DNA of 64,000 nucleotides from Eledone cirrhosa (GCA_964016885.1 OZ024745.1:47616001-47680000); one strand, 5' to 3'. Shown: positions 12,087 to 24,407, counted from the stretch's first letter. Notes: generated by a model from the sequence alone, not told the origin. Numbers and translations: made by a program.

Positions 12087-13954
12087 TCTCTTTCTCTTAA
12101 TTGCGAGTATATTTTTTGACCGGCCACCTTCCTGGTGGCAAGGTTGTAAAAGAAAAGAAATTGTCATCCCTTGAATTGCAAGTATGTTTTGCAAATTTTG
12201 AAGGTGCCAGCTATCGCAGCCATTTGTAGACTATGAATTAGGGAGCTGCGCTCTTTGTCCGCAACTCCAAGTTCAGTCATACTTTGGTCCAAGCGGGTTG
12301 GTATATAACCCATAGCTCCAATAATGATGGGTATGAAGCTACAGATGTATCTTGGATACTGGATTTGTAAACTCCTCATCAATGGTCCGTAGATGTCCTC
12401 CTTCTCCTGTATTTTTCTGACAACGTTTACATCAAGTGGGCAGCTGATCTCCACAACAGAACATGTTTTCAATGTGTGGTCCCAAACAACAATATCAGGC
12501 CGTTGTGCTTTAATTTGGTGGCAGTTTTTATTTTCAGGTTCCACCAGTATTCCACCAGTGCCATCTGTCTCAATATATTCTTCCTCATTCGTTGTTAATT
12601 TTGTTTTCCGAAGTGCGTTCCAGATGGTTCTAGCTATCCCATCGTGTCTCATGGGGAGGTAGTAGCGAGATGACATTCTTTCGCAGCTGGCAACAATGTG
12701 ACTTACATCCTCGATCTTTGTTTTACATAGCCTACATTTATTGTCAGCTGCTGGCCCTCTCCTAATGTGCAGCAGATATTTGGTAGGGAGTTCTTGTTCC
12801 TGTATTGCATAGAGATATCCCTCAAGGTGTGATGCCATAAACTTGTCGGAACTCCATGCCAGGCTTTTTGAGTGGTTTATCCCCTCTATGGTCTGTGTTT
12901 TACGTCTCAAGTATCCATGCACAACTTTTTCTGTAAATTGGTCAATTTTTTCATCTTGTTTGAACATTGAATAGGATCTTCCGATTTCTCTGGGTGAGAG
13001 ATTTATATCAGGCTTTATTCCATATCTCTCCTCCAGATCAGTCGCTATTCTAATGATATTTTTTTTTTCATGCTCCTAAACCTGGGCAAGATGGTTGCCA
13101 ACCGTTTTCCTCTGTTGAAGGTGTTGCTTCAGTGTTACTATCCGGGTCTCATATGTTGTTAATATGGATTTTAGACCCCGGCCACCTTCCTTGCGTGAGA
13201 AGTATAGCCTATCCACATCACCATTGATGTTAAAGTTCCCAGTAACACTGAGAAGTTTGCGAGTTCTAACATCCATCTCACTTAGTTCTTGCAATGACCA
13301 GTTCAGCAGGCCAAATGTTGGCGTTAGAATTGGCACAGCATAAGTATTGTGGGCAATGTATTTGTTGTACGCTGACAGTTCTGATGACCATATTTTCTTT
13401 ACTCTTCTGAGGTATTCAGTTCTGGTTCTCTCCTTATTTATGGGTCCATCATATCTGACATTCTCATCCTGTCCAAGATATCTGTAGTTGTCACCTGACT
13501 GTAGAGGTTGTATTGTCAGGCCGTTCATCTCTAGATTTCTAGAGGAGGGCACAGCTCTTCCACGTTTTACTACCAAATATGCACACTTGGACTCACCAAA
13601 TTTCATTTTGATGTCTGTTGAAAATTGTGTAATGAGGTCCAATTGTTTCTTGATGTCATTGATATTTGGCCCATACAACTTCAGGTCATCAACAAAGAAA
13701 AGATGGGTGATACTTCTGGACCCACTTCTTTGTCCACCTTGTTTCCTGAGTAGGTAAGATAGTGGATTCAGTGAGAGAACGAAGAGTAGCACTGACAAGC
13801 TATCACCCTGAAAGATGCCCTTCTGGTAATGTATCTTATCAGTCTTAACTTACTCCTTCTCACCTCTAACGATCAAATTGGTGTACCAGTTCTTGGTGAG
13901 GCGTTCAACAGCAGCTACCAATGGTTGTGGGACTTTGGTTAACTGTAAAGCCTT
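12087..13954 (-). mobile_element. 5'-truncated R4-clade (RLE) non-LTR retrotransposon: RT + CCHC zinc knuckle + restriction-like endonuclease; pseudogenised
   Basis: GIFQGDSLS and HLFFVDDLKLY (RT), CRLC..HIVASC, RHD, RPDIVVWD..VVEISCP..KEDIY (RLE). Stops at 13850 and 13076. Inserted in TA microsatellite. Confidence 0.9.
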
Positions 13955-13997
13955 ATATGTATATATATATGTATGTATGTATATATGTATATGTATT

Positions 13998-14664
13998 ACC
14001 AGTGCTACTGGTAACATGTATCCCAGTACAACCTGTCTCATGGTCGGGTCGTTGGCGACTGAACTGGTAACCCCACCAAGGTGTCTTGGTGAGAAGGGTG
14101 ACTTTGGACAACCTGCAGGACTAAAAACAAAACCTGTCAAAGGGCAAAGGAGCTCTTAAGAGTCAATGGCCATCCAAAATCACCGGGAGAGATGACCCCT
14201 TAACCTTTGTCAAGGCAGAATTCTAGGAGAAGGAAAACTTTGATATAACACCTGCAACCCTGATGGTATCCAATGATGTTGACTTGTTCTTCTTTTTGGT
14301 AAATATCATCTTGGTTAAGAGAGTGGGACTGGCTTTGTGCAGTGCCTTTGCTCACTATAAAAGCTTCACGGCACAGGCATTGCTTTATATCTGGAGATCT
14401 CTCTGCACTTGTCATCACATGGTACCATGGGCCCAGCACTATGTGTCAATAATTGTCACAAGTGTAGTGTTTGTACCAGAGTTTTCGAGTCGCTGGCTGG
14501 ACTAAAAAGTCACACTCGTTCAGCGCATCGGTAGGGGTTCTCCTACATGGATATGAAGTAGTGGCCGTACTCGAAAATGAGTTGGCAGCCACCATATATA
14601 TATGTGTATGTATATATATGGATATAAAGTAGTAGCCGTACTCGAAAACGAGTTGGCAGCCACC
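13998..14664 (+). mobile_element. Bipartite RTE-derived non-autonomous element with duplicated 3' terminus
   Basis: RTE 5'-UTR-like motif TCTAGGAGAAGGAAAACT, remnant of C-terminal CxxC-R-F-S-AGL-SH finger, 3' end ...GGCAGCCACC repeated at 14618-14664. Confidence 0.8.
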
Positions 14665-15003
14665 ATATGTATGTATATGTATATATGTATGTATATGTAT
14701 ATATGTATGTATATGTATATATATGTATGTATATGTATATATATGTATGTATAGTTATATATATATGTATGTATATGTATATATATATGTATGTATATAT
14801 ATATGTATGTATATGTATATATATGTATGTATATGTATATATACGTATGTATGTATGTATATATACGTATGTATATGTATATATATGTATGTATATGTAT
14901 ATATATGTATGTATATGTATGTATATGTATATATATGTATGTATATATATATATGTATATGCATATATATGTATGTATATATATATATATATGTATGTGT
15001 ATG

Positions 15004-15034
<31 letters not shown>

Positions 15035-15320
15035 ATGTGTATGTATGTATATGTGTATGTATATATGTATGTGTATGTATATATATATGTATGTATATGT
15101 GTATGTATATGTATATATATATGTGTATGTATATGTATATGTATGTATATATATATATGTATGTATATATGTATGTATATGTATATATATGTATGTGTAT
15201 ATGTATATGTATATATGTATGTATGTATATATGTATATATATATATATATGTATATATATAGACATTATAGTATTCAATTAACTGTATGCACACACACAC
15301 ATACATATAAGTATACATGA
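14665..15320. repeat. Compound (TA)n/(TATG)n microsatellite
   Basis: Direct observation. Confidence 0.95.
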
Positions 15321-16037
15321 AAATTCATTGATAAAAATCAGCTTACTGCTAACAACTTAGGTCTGAATATATTGCTGCAACAAGGAACAGTACTTGTAGA
15401 ATGAGTTGTGAGAAAATATTAAAGAAAAAAATTGAAGCAAGGTGTTTAGTTTCATAAAGGAATTGTTTTTATTTAATTTTTTTTTTATTGCTACATCTTT
15501 TAAAGTGACACTTGATTTTTGCTAAACAGGATGTGGGAAATTATTTCTCCTTTATACAATTAAGATCTTGTGGACATTGTACTTGTGACATTTAAAACAA
15601 CAGTCAATCTACTAGGTGTATTGAGTACTGTATACTTTGTTTCTATAACCTATACTGTATAAATACTTTCCCTTCTCCTTCCCATCCTTTACTTCTTTCT
15701 CTGCTTCACCCTTTTTTCTCCATCTCTCTACATATATATATATATATATATATCATCACCATTTTACGTCTATTATTCTTCCACGCTCACATGGGTTAGA
15801 TGGGTTCCCTGTTGTGGGCAATGTCAGGTCGAGTAACCTTGTCTAACTCATACGGGAACTGATTTTGGCTTGATTTCTAAAGCTGGATGCCCTTCCTAAC
15901 ACCAACCTCATTTACAGTGAGTGCTGGGTGCTTTTTTCCATGGCGCCTACACAACCACTTTACAGTGGGAGGGGGTGGGGGCATATTGTCGATATATATA
16001 TGTATGTATATTATTATTATTATCATCATTATTATTA

Positions 16038-16414
16038 GGGCAGTAGATTGGCAGTATCGATAGTGTGTCAGACACCATGCTTTGCAGCATGTTCTGAGTT
16101 CAAATCCCACTGAGGTTAACTTTGTCTTTCATCTTTATGGGGTCGATAAAATAAAGCACCAGTAATGCACTAGGGTAATTGCTGGCCTTGTGCCAAAACT
16201 AGAAACAATTATTATTAAATTCGATAAGGGCGGTGGATTGGGAGTATCGGTAGAGGGTCGGACGCCATGCTTTGACACATAGAGTTACGGCCCTTGCCAT
16301 TCTGAGTTCAAATCCCGCCGAGGTTAACTTTGCCTTTCATCCTTATGGGGTCAATAAAATAAAGTACCAGTAATACACTGGGTAATTGCTGGCCTTGTGC
16401 CAAAAGTAGAAACA
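16038..16414 (+). mobile_element. Two tandem SINE family A copies (second inserted in the ATT tail of the first)
   Basis: TSD ATTATTAAATTCGA at 16211-16224 and 16415-16428. Confidence 0.85.
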
Positions 16415-16471
16415 ATTATTAAATTCGACATAACATGGAGAATGCAGGATATGTTTTTCATTGTGTGAACC

Positions 16472-16608
16472 CAATATTCTTTATTATGGCTAATCTTGAG
16501 TCTTGTTACTCTGGAGTTCCTCCTGTGTATTCATCTGATGATCCTGTAAGTACACAGGATAAATTCCAGAGTAACAAGACTCAAGTGGCTTTAATAAAGA
16601 ATATATTG
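16472..16608. repeat. ~137-bp near-perfect hairpin
   Basis: ATTCTTTATTA..CTTGAGTCTTGTTACTCTGGAG..TCCTGTGTATT pairs with AGTACACAGGA..TTCCAGAGTAACAAGACTCAAG..TAATAAAGAAT. Confidence 0.85.
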
Positions 16609-16657
16609 ATCTCTACTATGATATTAAGTACTCATTCTCATAACAATCAATACTAAG

Positions 16658-16689
<32 letters not shown>

Positions 16690-16857
16690 AACACAATCTA
16701 TTATGTTTTTCTGTGTACAGAGAAAATAGTGTGAAGTGTGTTTAGACATCCTTCATTTCTCTGTGAGGTTTCTAATTAAAAAACTGTAGTTATATCTACA
16801 TTAAATTTATCTTAAGACTTTTAACATACATTGTGTTCAGCAGAAATATATATATAT

Positions 16858-17045
16858 GAAAAAGTATGACCCCAATGGCAGAGCTCAAGCCGTTTCGACG
16901 GCTATTTCGAGTCCAGAAATAGCCATCGAAACGGCTTGAGCTCTGCCGTCGGGGTCATACTTTTTCCTATTACCCACTCTACTACCCTAAGTATTGAGTA
17001 CTCTGGTGCGTTATGGTCTATCTGGTTCTTTACCACAATTCCTTC
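16858..17045 (+). mobile_element. PLE-like terminal fragment with fold-back hairpin (16858-16966)
   Basis: ~50-bp arms AAAAGTATGACCCC..GAGCTCAAGCCGTTTCGA / TCGAAACGGCTTGAGCTC..GGGGTCATACTTTT; TA-flanked; related to 21790-21850. Confidence 0.6.
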
Positions 17046-17579
17046 GTTATATATATATATATATATGAGAGACGAGTGTTAGTAGATATATAGATTTCTA
17101 TGTTTTCCCAATATATATATATATATAATTACATATATGTATGTATGTATTTCTCTGTGTATAATATTGTGACGAATGTTGATTTTTCATGGCAAGATTT
17201 TCTGCAGGCTGCATGTTGTAGACTTGTTGAATAGTAAATCCATCAACAAATGAAACTGTTTGTTTCTTTAGATTGATCAAATGTTCACATTTGAGATTAT
17301 CTCATTTTATCATTCAATTTAATCAACTAAACTGTTTACAGACTGCTTGGGTTGCAGATTTTTCTGAATCATGTATTTGTTGTTTATTGATTGCTGTTGT
17401 TGTTGTTGTTATTGATGTTGTTGGTTTGAAATTACTTTCCTTCATTTTTTTTTTTTTTGTGGATTTCTTTTTCTTTTCTTTTTTTCCTTTTTGGCCATAA
17501 ATATTTCCTTTGCTTAATCCTTATCGTTATTTTCTTTGTCTTTTTTCCCCTTTCTTTTTCTATTTCCCCTTTTTCACAG

Positions 17580-18002
17580 CAGCCCCGGCGTAAACAGCGC
17601 TATATCCAGAGGTCGAAATCCCATGATGACCCCTCTGCTGATATCCATGCTCCCGCAGGTACTGCCAGAGGTCGCATTGCACGCCAGGGTGCACGCATTG
17701 TCCGATCTCGCTCTCCCTCAGGTAGCCCTGTCCGCCACCATTATGAACACCACCACCATCACCAGTCCACTAATGTGAGCCCAGCGACCAGTCAGACTTA
17801 CATGGTTACTCGGTGTGACTCATCAGATTCAATAAACACCAATGAAAACTCAGCATTACTCAAGGATGATGAGAAAACCCAAGCGCAAGCATCACTTTGC
17901 ATCTATTTTGATGGGTCTGAGCTAGAAGACAGTGTAGATGAAGAAACAAATGTATACAAAAGTAAAAAGAACAAAAAAACTAAAAAGAAACTTCCAATCT
18001 AA
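17580..18002 (+). CDS. Terminal coding exon (phase 0, ~140 aa) of an unidentified host gene; disordered Ser/Arg/His-rich C-terminal tail
   Basis: Long polypyrimidine tract ending TTTTCACAG|CAG, GC-richer open frame QPRRKQRYIQRSKSHDD...EETNVYKSKK...LPI*, followed by AU-rich UTR. A vague recollected resemblance to invertebrate UNC80 C-termini is unverified. Confidence 0.85.
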   Translation, partial: QPRRKQRYIQRSKSHDDPSADIHAPAGTARGRIARQGARIVRSRSPSGSPVRHHYEHHHHHQSTNVSPATSQTYMVTRCDSSDSINTNENSALLKDDEKTQAQASLCIYFDGSELEDSVDEETNVYKSKKNKKTKKKLPI

Positions 18003-18967
18003 AAAATCAGAAATTAAAAAATATATATATATATATATTTAAACTATTATTTTTTTAAACAATTTAGTTTTAATTAATCTATTGATTTAAAGATAATTTA
18101 TACATTTAAATGCAATTTTTTTTTTTTTTTTTATATAGTATTATAATTTAATTTCAGCTCTCTAAATATCTTTTGTTTTTGAAAGTATTTTGAATGAAAG
18201 AGACTAGTAAAAACTGCTACGGGAAAAAATGTCCTACTTTGCAAATAATTATAAAAAAATATATCTATTTTAAAGAAACTTATATCTATTTTGATTCTTG
18301 TTGCTGAATAATCATTCTGGTTGCTTGAAAACAGTTATTTTATTTATTACGACTATTATTATTATTTTCTTTTTTTGTTTTTGACATTTGATATAACCAA
18401 TGTTTTATAATATGCTGTAATATTCTACTAGTTCGTAAACTTAGATTTTTATTGCTGTTGTTATTTGATTTAAACATCAGAATTCTCTTTTCATGAGGAT
18501 TTAATGAATTTTCATTATTATTATTGTTATTATTATTAATAATATTGTTATTGCTATTATTATTATTACTATGATTATTGTCATTATTATTATCATTACT
18601 ATCATTATTGTCATTATTATTATTATTATTATTATATGTGCTTATGCTACATATCTAGCAATATTATCTGGCAATAATATCTTTTAACACTCCCTCACCC
18701 CAGGCCTTCCTTGAACTGTAGTTAAACTTCATAGGATAAAGACAGAATTTATTGTCTTTATCTTATTATTATTATCATTATTATTATTCTACTAGGCTAT
18801 GAAAAAAATGTTGCAAGTGAAAGGTGTCAATCATCTACCTGAACCAATAATAAGTATCTCTTTATGAATATGAAACTGCTTTTAAATTTATCATTTGGTA
18901 TTTATGTTAGAAAAAGAAAACAATTTTGTAATTATAATAGTTTGTTTCACTTCTAATTCACTATATT

Positions 18968-19002
<35 letters not shown>

Positions 19003-19950
19003 TAATTTTAAGATGATTTGGCTTTTGTCATATAACCAATATTTTGTAGGATGTAATGGCCACATTATAATGGTGTGAATAGCCATTGAAATAAACACGC
19101 ACATATATAAAGTTTAACTTTAATCTGTTTATAGACAAGCTGATCCTATTTTTTTAAATTGATGTTTATGACAAACCTGCTCACAAGTTGTGTTGTAGAA
19201 ATGGTAATGTGAGATTTTTATTAAATATATTTACAGTACCTTTTAGAAATTATGCCTAGTACTCTGTTTACATTTCACATATACATACTAATATTGACCT
19301 TGTCCTTTCAAATGTATATACTTGATGATCTTTACTTTAAATTTTCTGGCATCCTTTTTTTAAATACAGGTTTATGATTTTAATTTTTGAAAAATATTTT
19401 CAAAAATTTCTTTGTGATATAGATTTATAAACTAATATAAATTTACTTTACCAAAAATAAAACAAAGATATAAGCATATATTAGTATGTATACATCTATA
19501 CATTCATACAGTTAAGTTTTATTTATATATAATATAATAACAGTAGTCTTGAAACATAGATCAAGGGAACAAGTGTTTAAATAGAGTTCAATGCATGGTG
19601 TATAAATGACTGGAGGCATGAACACAGCAACCGGGTATAAATTCTGTATCTCTTTAAAGTATCATTCTATATAACTGTTTCAATGTTACACATTATATAA
19701 CTGGCATAAGTGTGTCAACATTCCTTCAGTAGAACAGACATCTGTAAAAGAAAACATAGTTACAAATAACAATCAGTTATGTCAAGTTTTAGAAAATTTC
19801 TTTAATTATTATATTATTAAATTTTTCAAAACTTCACATAACTGGTTATTACCTGTAACCATGTCTTCTTTTATTCATTTGTTCCACTGAATACAACAGT
19901 TATATATTGGGCAACATTGAAATAATTGCATGAAATGATTCTAATAAAGA
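18003..19950 (+). other. Probable 3' UTR
   Basis: U-rich sequence with (ATT)n and poly-T; candidate AATAAA signals near 19090, 19457 and 19943. True end unknown. Confidence 0.5.
19680..19920. repeat. Imperfect fold-back / MITE-like palindrome
   Basis: CAATGTT..ATATAACTG..TTCAGTAGAACA..AAAAGAAAACATAGTTACA..CAGTTATGTCAAGTTTT is mirrored by AAAACTTCACATAACTG..TGTAACCATGTCTTCTTTT..CAGTTATAT..AACATTG. Confidence 0.65.
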
Positions 19951-20032
19951 GATAATATATTTATCAATATATATACATATAAACATATATCCATATATAT
20001 ATACATATATATAAGTATATAAGTATGTATAC

Positions 20033-20758
20033 GTAAGAGTGAGAAATGAAATTTCGTTTCATTTTTTCCATATATATATATAGTATAATTGAATATTAAA
20101 GAAAGATAAACACAGATATATACATATATGTGTTCAATCGTAAGGGACCAGATTCGCTAGGGTGAAAAAGATACTAACTATGGACAATAGAGTTTGCTAG
20201 ACTCAATTTAAGAATAAATCAAGAAAATAAATACAAACTGGAATTGTGGTAACTACCAGACACCCAGACAGCGTTTGGTGATGCTGTTTCGCAATTTAAT
20301 TGTGAAGAGAATTACCAATTCTTATTGCTCATCAGTGGGTGTAAAATTAGTAAACTCTTCACTTCTAAGTATATCAGAAAACTAAATAGTGTGCGTATAT
20401 AAAATAACACACATGGCATCAGAACCTAGCGTGTCTCACAAACTCATACCACTAAAAATAGCAGCCAAGTTTACTCGACATTTAAATTAGCTCAACAAAT
20501 TAACAGAGCCGAATATATCAAAGGTATATATTGAGTTAGAAACTCAAAATACTCTCTTACAATTAAATAGCTCAAGGAAAGAGATTTTTCCGAGCCGTAT
20601 AGTATAATTGAATATAAAAGAAAAACGAACACAGATATATATACATATATGTGTTCAAATCGTAAGGGACCAGATTCGCTAAGGTGAAAAAGATACTAAC
20701 TATGAGCTATTTAATTGTAAGAGACTATTTTGAGTTTCTAACTCAATATATACCTTTG

Positions 20759-20765
<7 letters not shown>
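20033..20765 (-). mobile_element. PLE pLTR-like / retrozyme-like module
   Basis: ~100-bp direct repeats 20081-20182 and 20600-20704, inverted repeat 20514-20574 vs 20703-20764, motif shared with 721-752, and an internal HHR. Confidence 0.6.
20260..20342 (-). ncRNA. Canonical type I hammerhead ribozyme (GUC site)
   Basis: Minus RNA: ACACCCA CUGAUGA GCAAU[..AGAAUU-GGU-AAUUCU..]AUUGC GAAA CAGC-AUCACCAAAC-GCUG UC/UGGGUGU. Complete core and three helices. Confidence 0.85.
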
Positions 20766-20790
<25 letters not shown>

Positions 20791-21414
20791 AAGTATCATT
20801 ACAATAATAGAAATGGTATGTATATTTTGGAAGCAGTCGTGAAATTAAACCTTCACTGCAAATTTCAAGAACTGAAAATATGAAGTTCAATGAAAGTTAT
20901 AGTTTTCACTTGTGAAATATATGTATCTTCAGATTTCATATTGCAAATTTGAAAAATTCCTAAATAGAAATCACTTTATGTAAAAGCCTTATGTGTATGT
21001 TGGTTGCTTCTATCTCACCATTACTAATTGCAGAAAGAATCTGGCTTTAGATAAAATATAGATATGAAAGTATAGAAATAGAAATTCCCTGTTTGTATGA
21101 TACTGAGACTTAACCCAGCTAACAAATTTGTAAAGTGAGATTGAGTTGTTTAATGTTAATCTCTGTATCCTAGTTTATCATATTTAGAGATAATAAATAC
21201 ATACCACTCTATGAAAGAGACTTACAAAAATTATTTTTCAAATATATTAGATAGGTTTATTGTTAAAAATAATATAGCCAAAGTAAATTCATACAAAATA
21301 TAAAATACAATATTTATTTGATCATTTATTAATAATAACCATCAATTTTATTAGTTACACATTAATAACAGCCTTATGTTGTTATTAGTAGTTTGAGGGC
21401 AAGAATAATATGAA

Positions 21415-21481
<67 letters not shown>

Positions 21482-21570
21482 CAATTTAGTAAAGAATATC
21501 CAAAGTTGAGGGAGCACTCAATCCATGGGATGGGTTCTGGTATACAGATATTTATTATTACATTAACTAT

Positions 21571-21669
21571 AGCCGAGGTTTACTTTGCCTTTCATCCTTA
21601 CGGGGTCGATAAAATAAAGTACCAGTAATGCACTGGGTAATTGCTGGCCTTGTGCCTAAAGTAGAAACA
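21571..21669 (+). mobile_element. 5'-truncated SINE family A
   Basis: 17-bp TSD ATTATTACATTAACTAT (21554-21570/21670-21686). Confidence 0.85.
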
Positions 21670-23128
21670 ATTATTACATTAACTATGCTGTTATTTAGGT
21701 ATAAATCTTTCTTTGGGTCCTATTTCAAATTTTTCCTAAGATAAGCCCCAAATCCTCAACCTATATTAATACCCCTTTGTAATGGTTGTGTTCTTTTCCT
21801 TGAAGGAAACTAGCTGTTGAAACGCCAAGAGCTCAGCCGTCGGGGCCCTGATATATATATATATATATATATGAAAATATGTTAACCAAAATGCTCTTAT
21901 CTATAAATAATAGATGAATAATTTGGGTAAAGTACTCCTAGCATTGGTAAAATGTAAACAGATGCCTGTTTAAATCTAACAGTATATTAAACATGCTTTG
22001 CTCCACACAAAACTATGTGTTTATGAGGTGTGTACTATTAAAACTACTTGGCAAATCCTGATAATGTTGGCTTGAAAACATTAGATTTGTGGTAGTCTAG
22101 TCTCTATATTGTATCTATTCGAGCAGGAATATAAAGATCAGTTAATATTTATATATTGGTCTTAAAGGTACTCAATAGAATGAGCTATAGGATGAAAGTA
22201 TTTAATATATTAGAGAGAGGAAACTTTATTTATATTAAGTGAAAATAAATAGTGAATATAAGATTAGGTTAATTCACCATAGATTAGCTAATTTTCAAAT
22301 TTTAGTTTCTTTAATATGTTGTGGGGGAGGGATTAATTCACATTTAGTTTTATGGCATAATATCAGGTGAGGGAAAAGGGATAGTAGAAACAATTGAATG
22401 GAGATAGCCAGGTGCACCAAGGTGAGAGAAGAAAGAGGTATGATATTAAACTACTATTCCACAATTAATTAAACCCAAGTAATAACATCAATAAAAGAAC
22501 AATACTTAAATCCACAGATGTTTATTGCATTTCTTAAATACATTGATTGTTCTATAGACTTTACCTTAAGCTATTTATAAATAATGATTTTACAATGAGA
22601 ATGGATGCTGGCTGTCACTTAATATATCAATTTTCATTTTTAAATGTGTCTCATATTCACAAAATGTACAGAAATCTAAAAGATATTTATTCAGCAATAG
22701 TTTTGTAACTCACATAAAACTGTATGTCATCTTTTTTTCTGTATAAAAGTAGTTTGTTATTTTTTTTAATAGAAAACTAATCAAGCTTGTAGAAAATATT
22801 AGAGAAGCTATAGATATTTCAAACCTCCCCCATTAAAAAATGATTTAGACCAAACAGAAAACATAATTGCTATCTTGTTTGACAACTATTTTGCATTATT
22901 GCCATTGATTTATATTGATGCAGGCTTTATATATTCATTTATAGTTTACCAATTATAATGTTGGCCCAGTAAGGATGAGGATAATAACAATTTATTGTGG
23001 AATTAATGAGTACTAGAGCCAATTTAATCAATTACACACATCCCTCCCTTAAAATCTGTGTAGGCTTGTGCCTATGTTAATGATCCTTATTTCATGATTT
23101 TATTGATATATGATGATGATAATGATTA

Positions 23129-23129
<1 letters not shown>

Positions 23130-23176
<47 letters not shown>
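23130..23176. repeat. (TAA)n microsatellite
   Basis: Direct observation. Confidence 0.95.
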
Positions 23177-23177
<1 letters not shown>

Positions 23178-23760
23178 TTGATGACTGGTTGATAGATTAG
23201 TAGAAGTTTGTTGTTAATTTTCTTATTAGAAAAAAAATTCTTACAGAAAGAAAAAAAAAATACTTTTGCAACTCTCATCTAATCTATTTTTCAACTCATT
23301 TAGAGAACTTGCATCAACAACTTGGTTAGTTATTCAAAACATTGGTTTATCTTCTGTATAAAAAACATTGTAACTTGCCAATACCCAAGTAGAGCTAGTT
23401 ATCATGTTAACAAAATATTTGTCATAGAAATTAATCTCAAAATACATTTTATTATTTATAATAAATATATTTCTAATAAAAAAAAACTCATCTCTTTTTC
23501 ATATTAATGTAGAAAAGAAAAAAAAATATTCTATAAAAGTTCAATTTAATTATCCAAATAAATTTTACTATTTAAATAATATTTACTTTTTTTTTATATA
23601 TTAAAAAAATTCTTTTTTTTTTATTAGAATAAATCATAGAAATAGAAAGATAGTTTTAGTTGTCTTCCACTTAAAAATATAGCAGCATGGTGGGAATATT
23701 ATTATGATAATTTTCAATTTTCAATCATAATTGTGGTTTAAATCCCCAGCCATAGCTGAT

Positions 23761-23800
<40 letters not shown>

Positions 23801-24407
23801 CAGATCTATAAAGATATGACATGGGTTTCCTTAACCCTATTAAGATGACTGGGTTGATCTATCAGCCTACCATTTTCATGTTAGAAAAATGAAAGGATCG
23901 ATTTCTTTCAGAAAATATATACTTACATTTGTCTCTTGAGGTTCAGATATTTTTCACAGAATTTTAAATATCTTTATTCCCTTTTTGTATCCCATTAAAA
24001 TGGTTTCATTTTCTTCTGTCTAGAATCATCACTAAACTTCATCTCTAAAGAGTTAAACTGTAGCACTAAATAATTGATCTAGTCCATGAGATGCTATATA
24101 CTCACACATTAAGTGATAAATTATAGTTATTTATTATAAGTAGTACTATTATATCACTGAAGAATGGGATTCACTTTTGCCATATGTTTTGCAACAACAT
24201 TTTTTAAATTCTCTCCATGCCTTCCTTTAACTGCAATCAGGCTTTAGAGAGTTAAAAATAGGATTTTTTTTAAGATTAACTCTTTAAGATTATTTCTATA
24301 TGAATTAATTAATGAAGAGTTTTGAAGGATTTACTAAAATTATTAATCATTTCATTACCAAGTTAGTAGCTTAATGTATGGTTCCAATAGAAAATTATGT
24401 TGGAAGA

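Noticed and set aside
11675-12194. Short ORFs repeated at 14200-14505 and 56953-57181
   Set aside because: They lie within the non-autonomous repeat, and indels between copies shift the frames.
13378-13390. CTGATGA/CTGAAGA hits here and at ~20930, 24158 and 27944
   Set aside because: No correctly placed helix II-GAAA and closing helices; these are chance or LINE coding matches.
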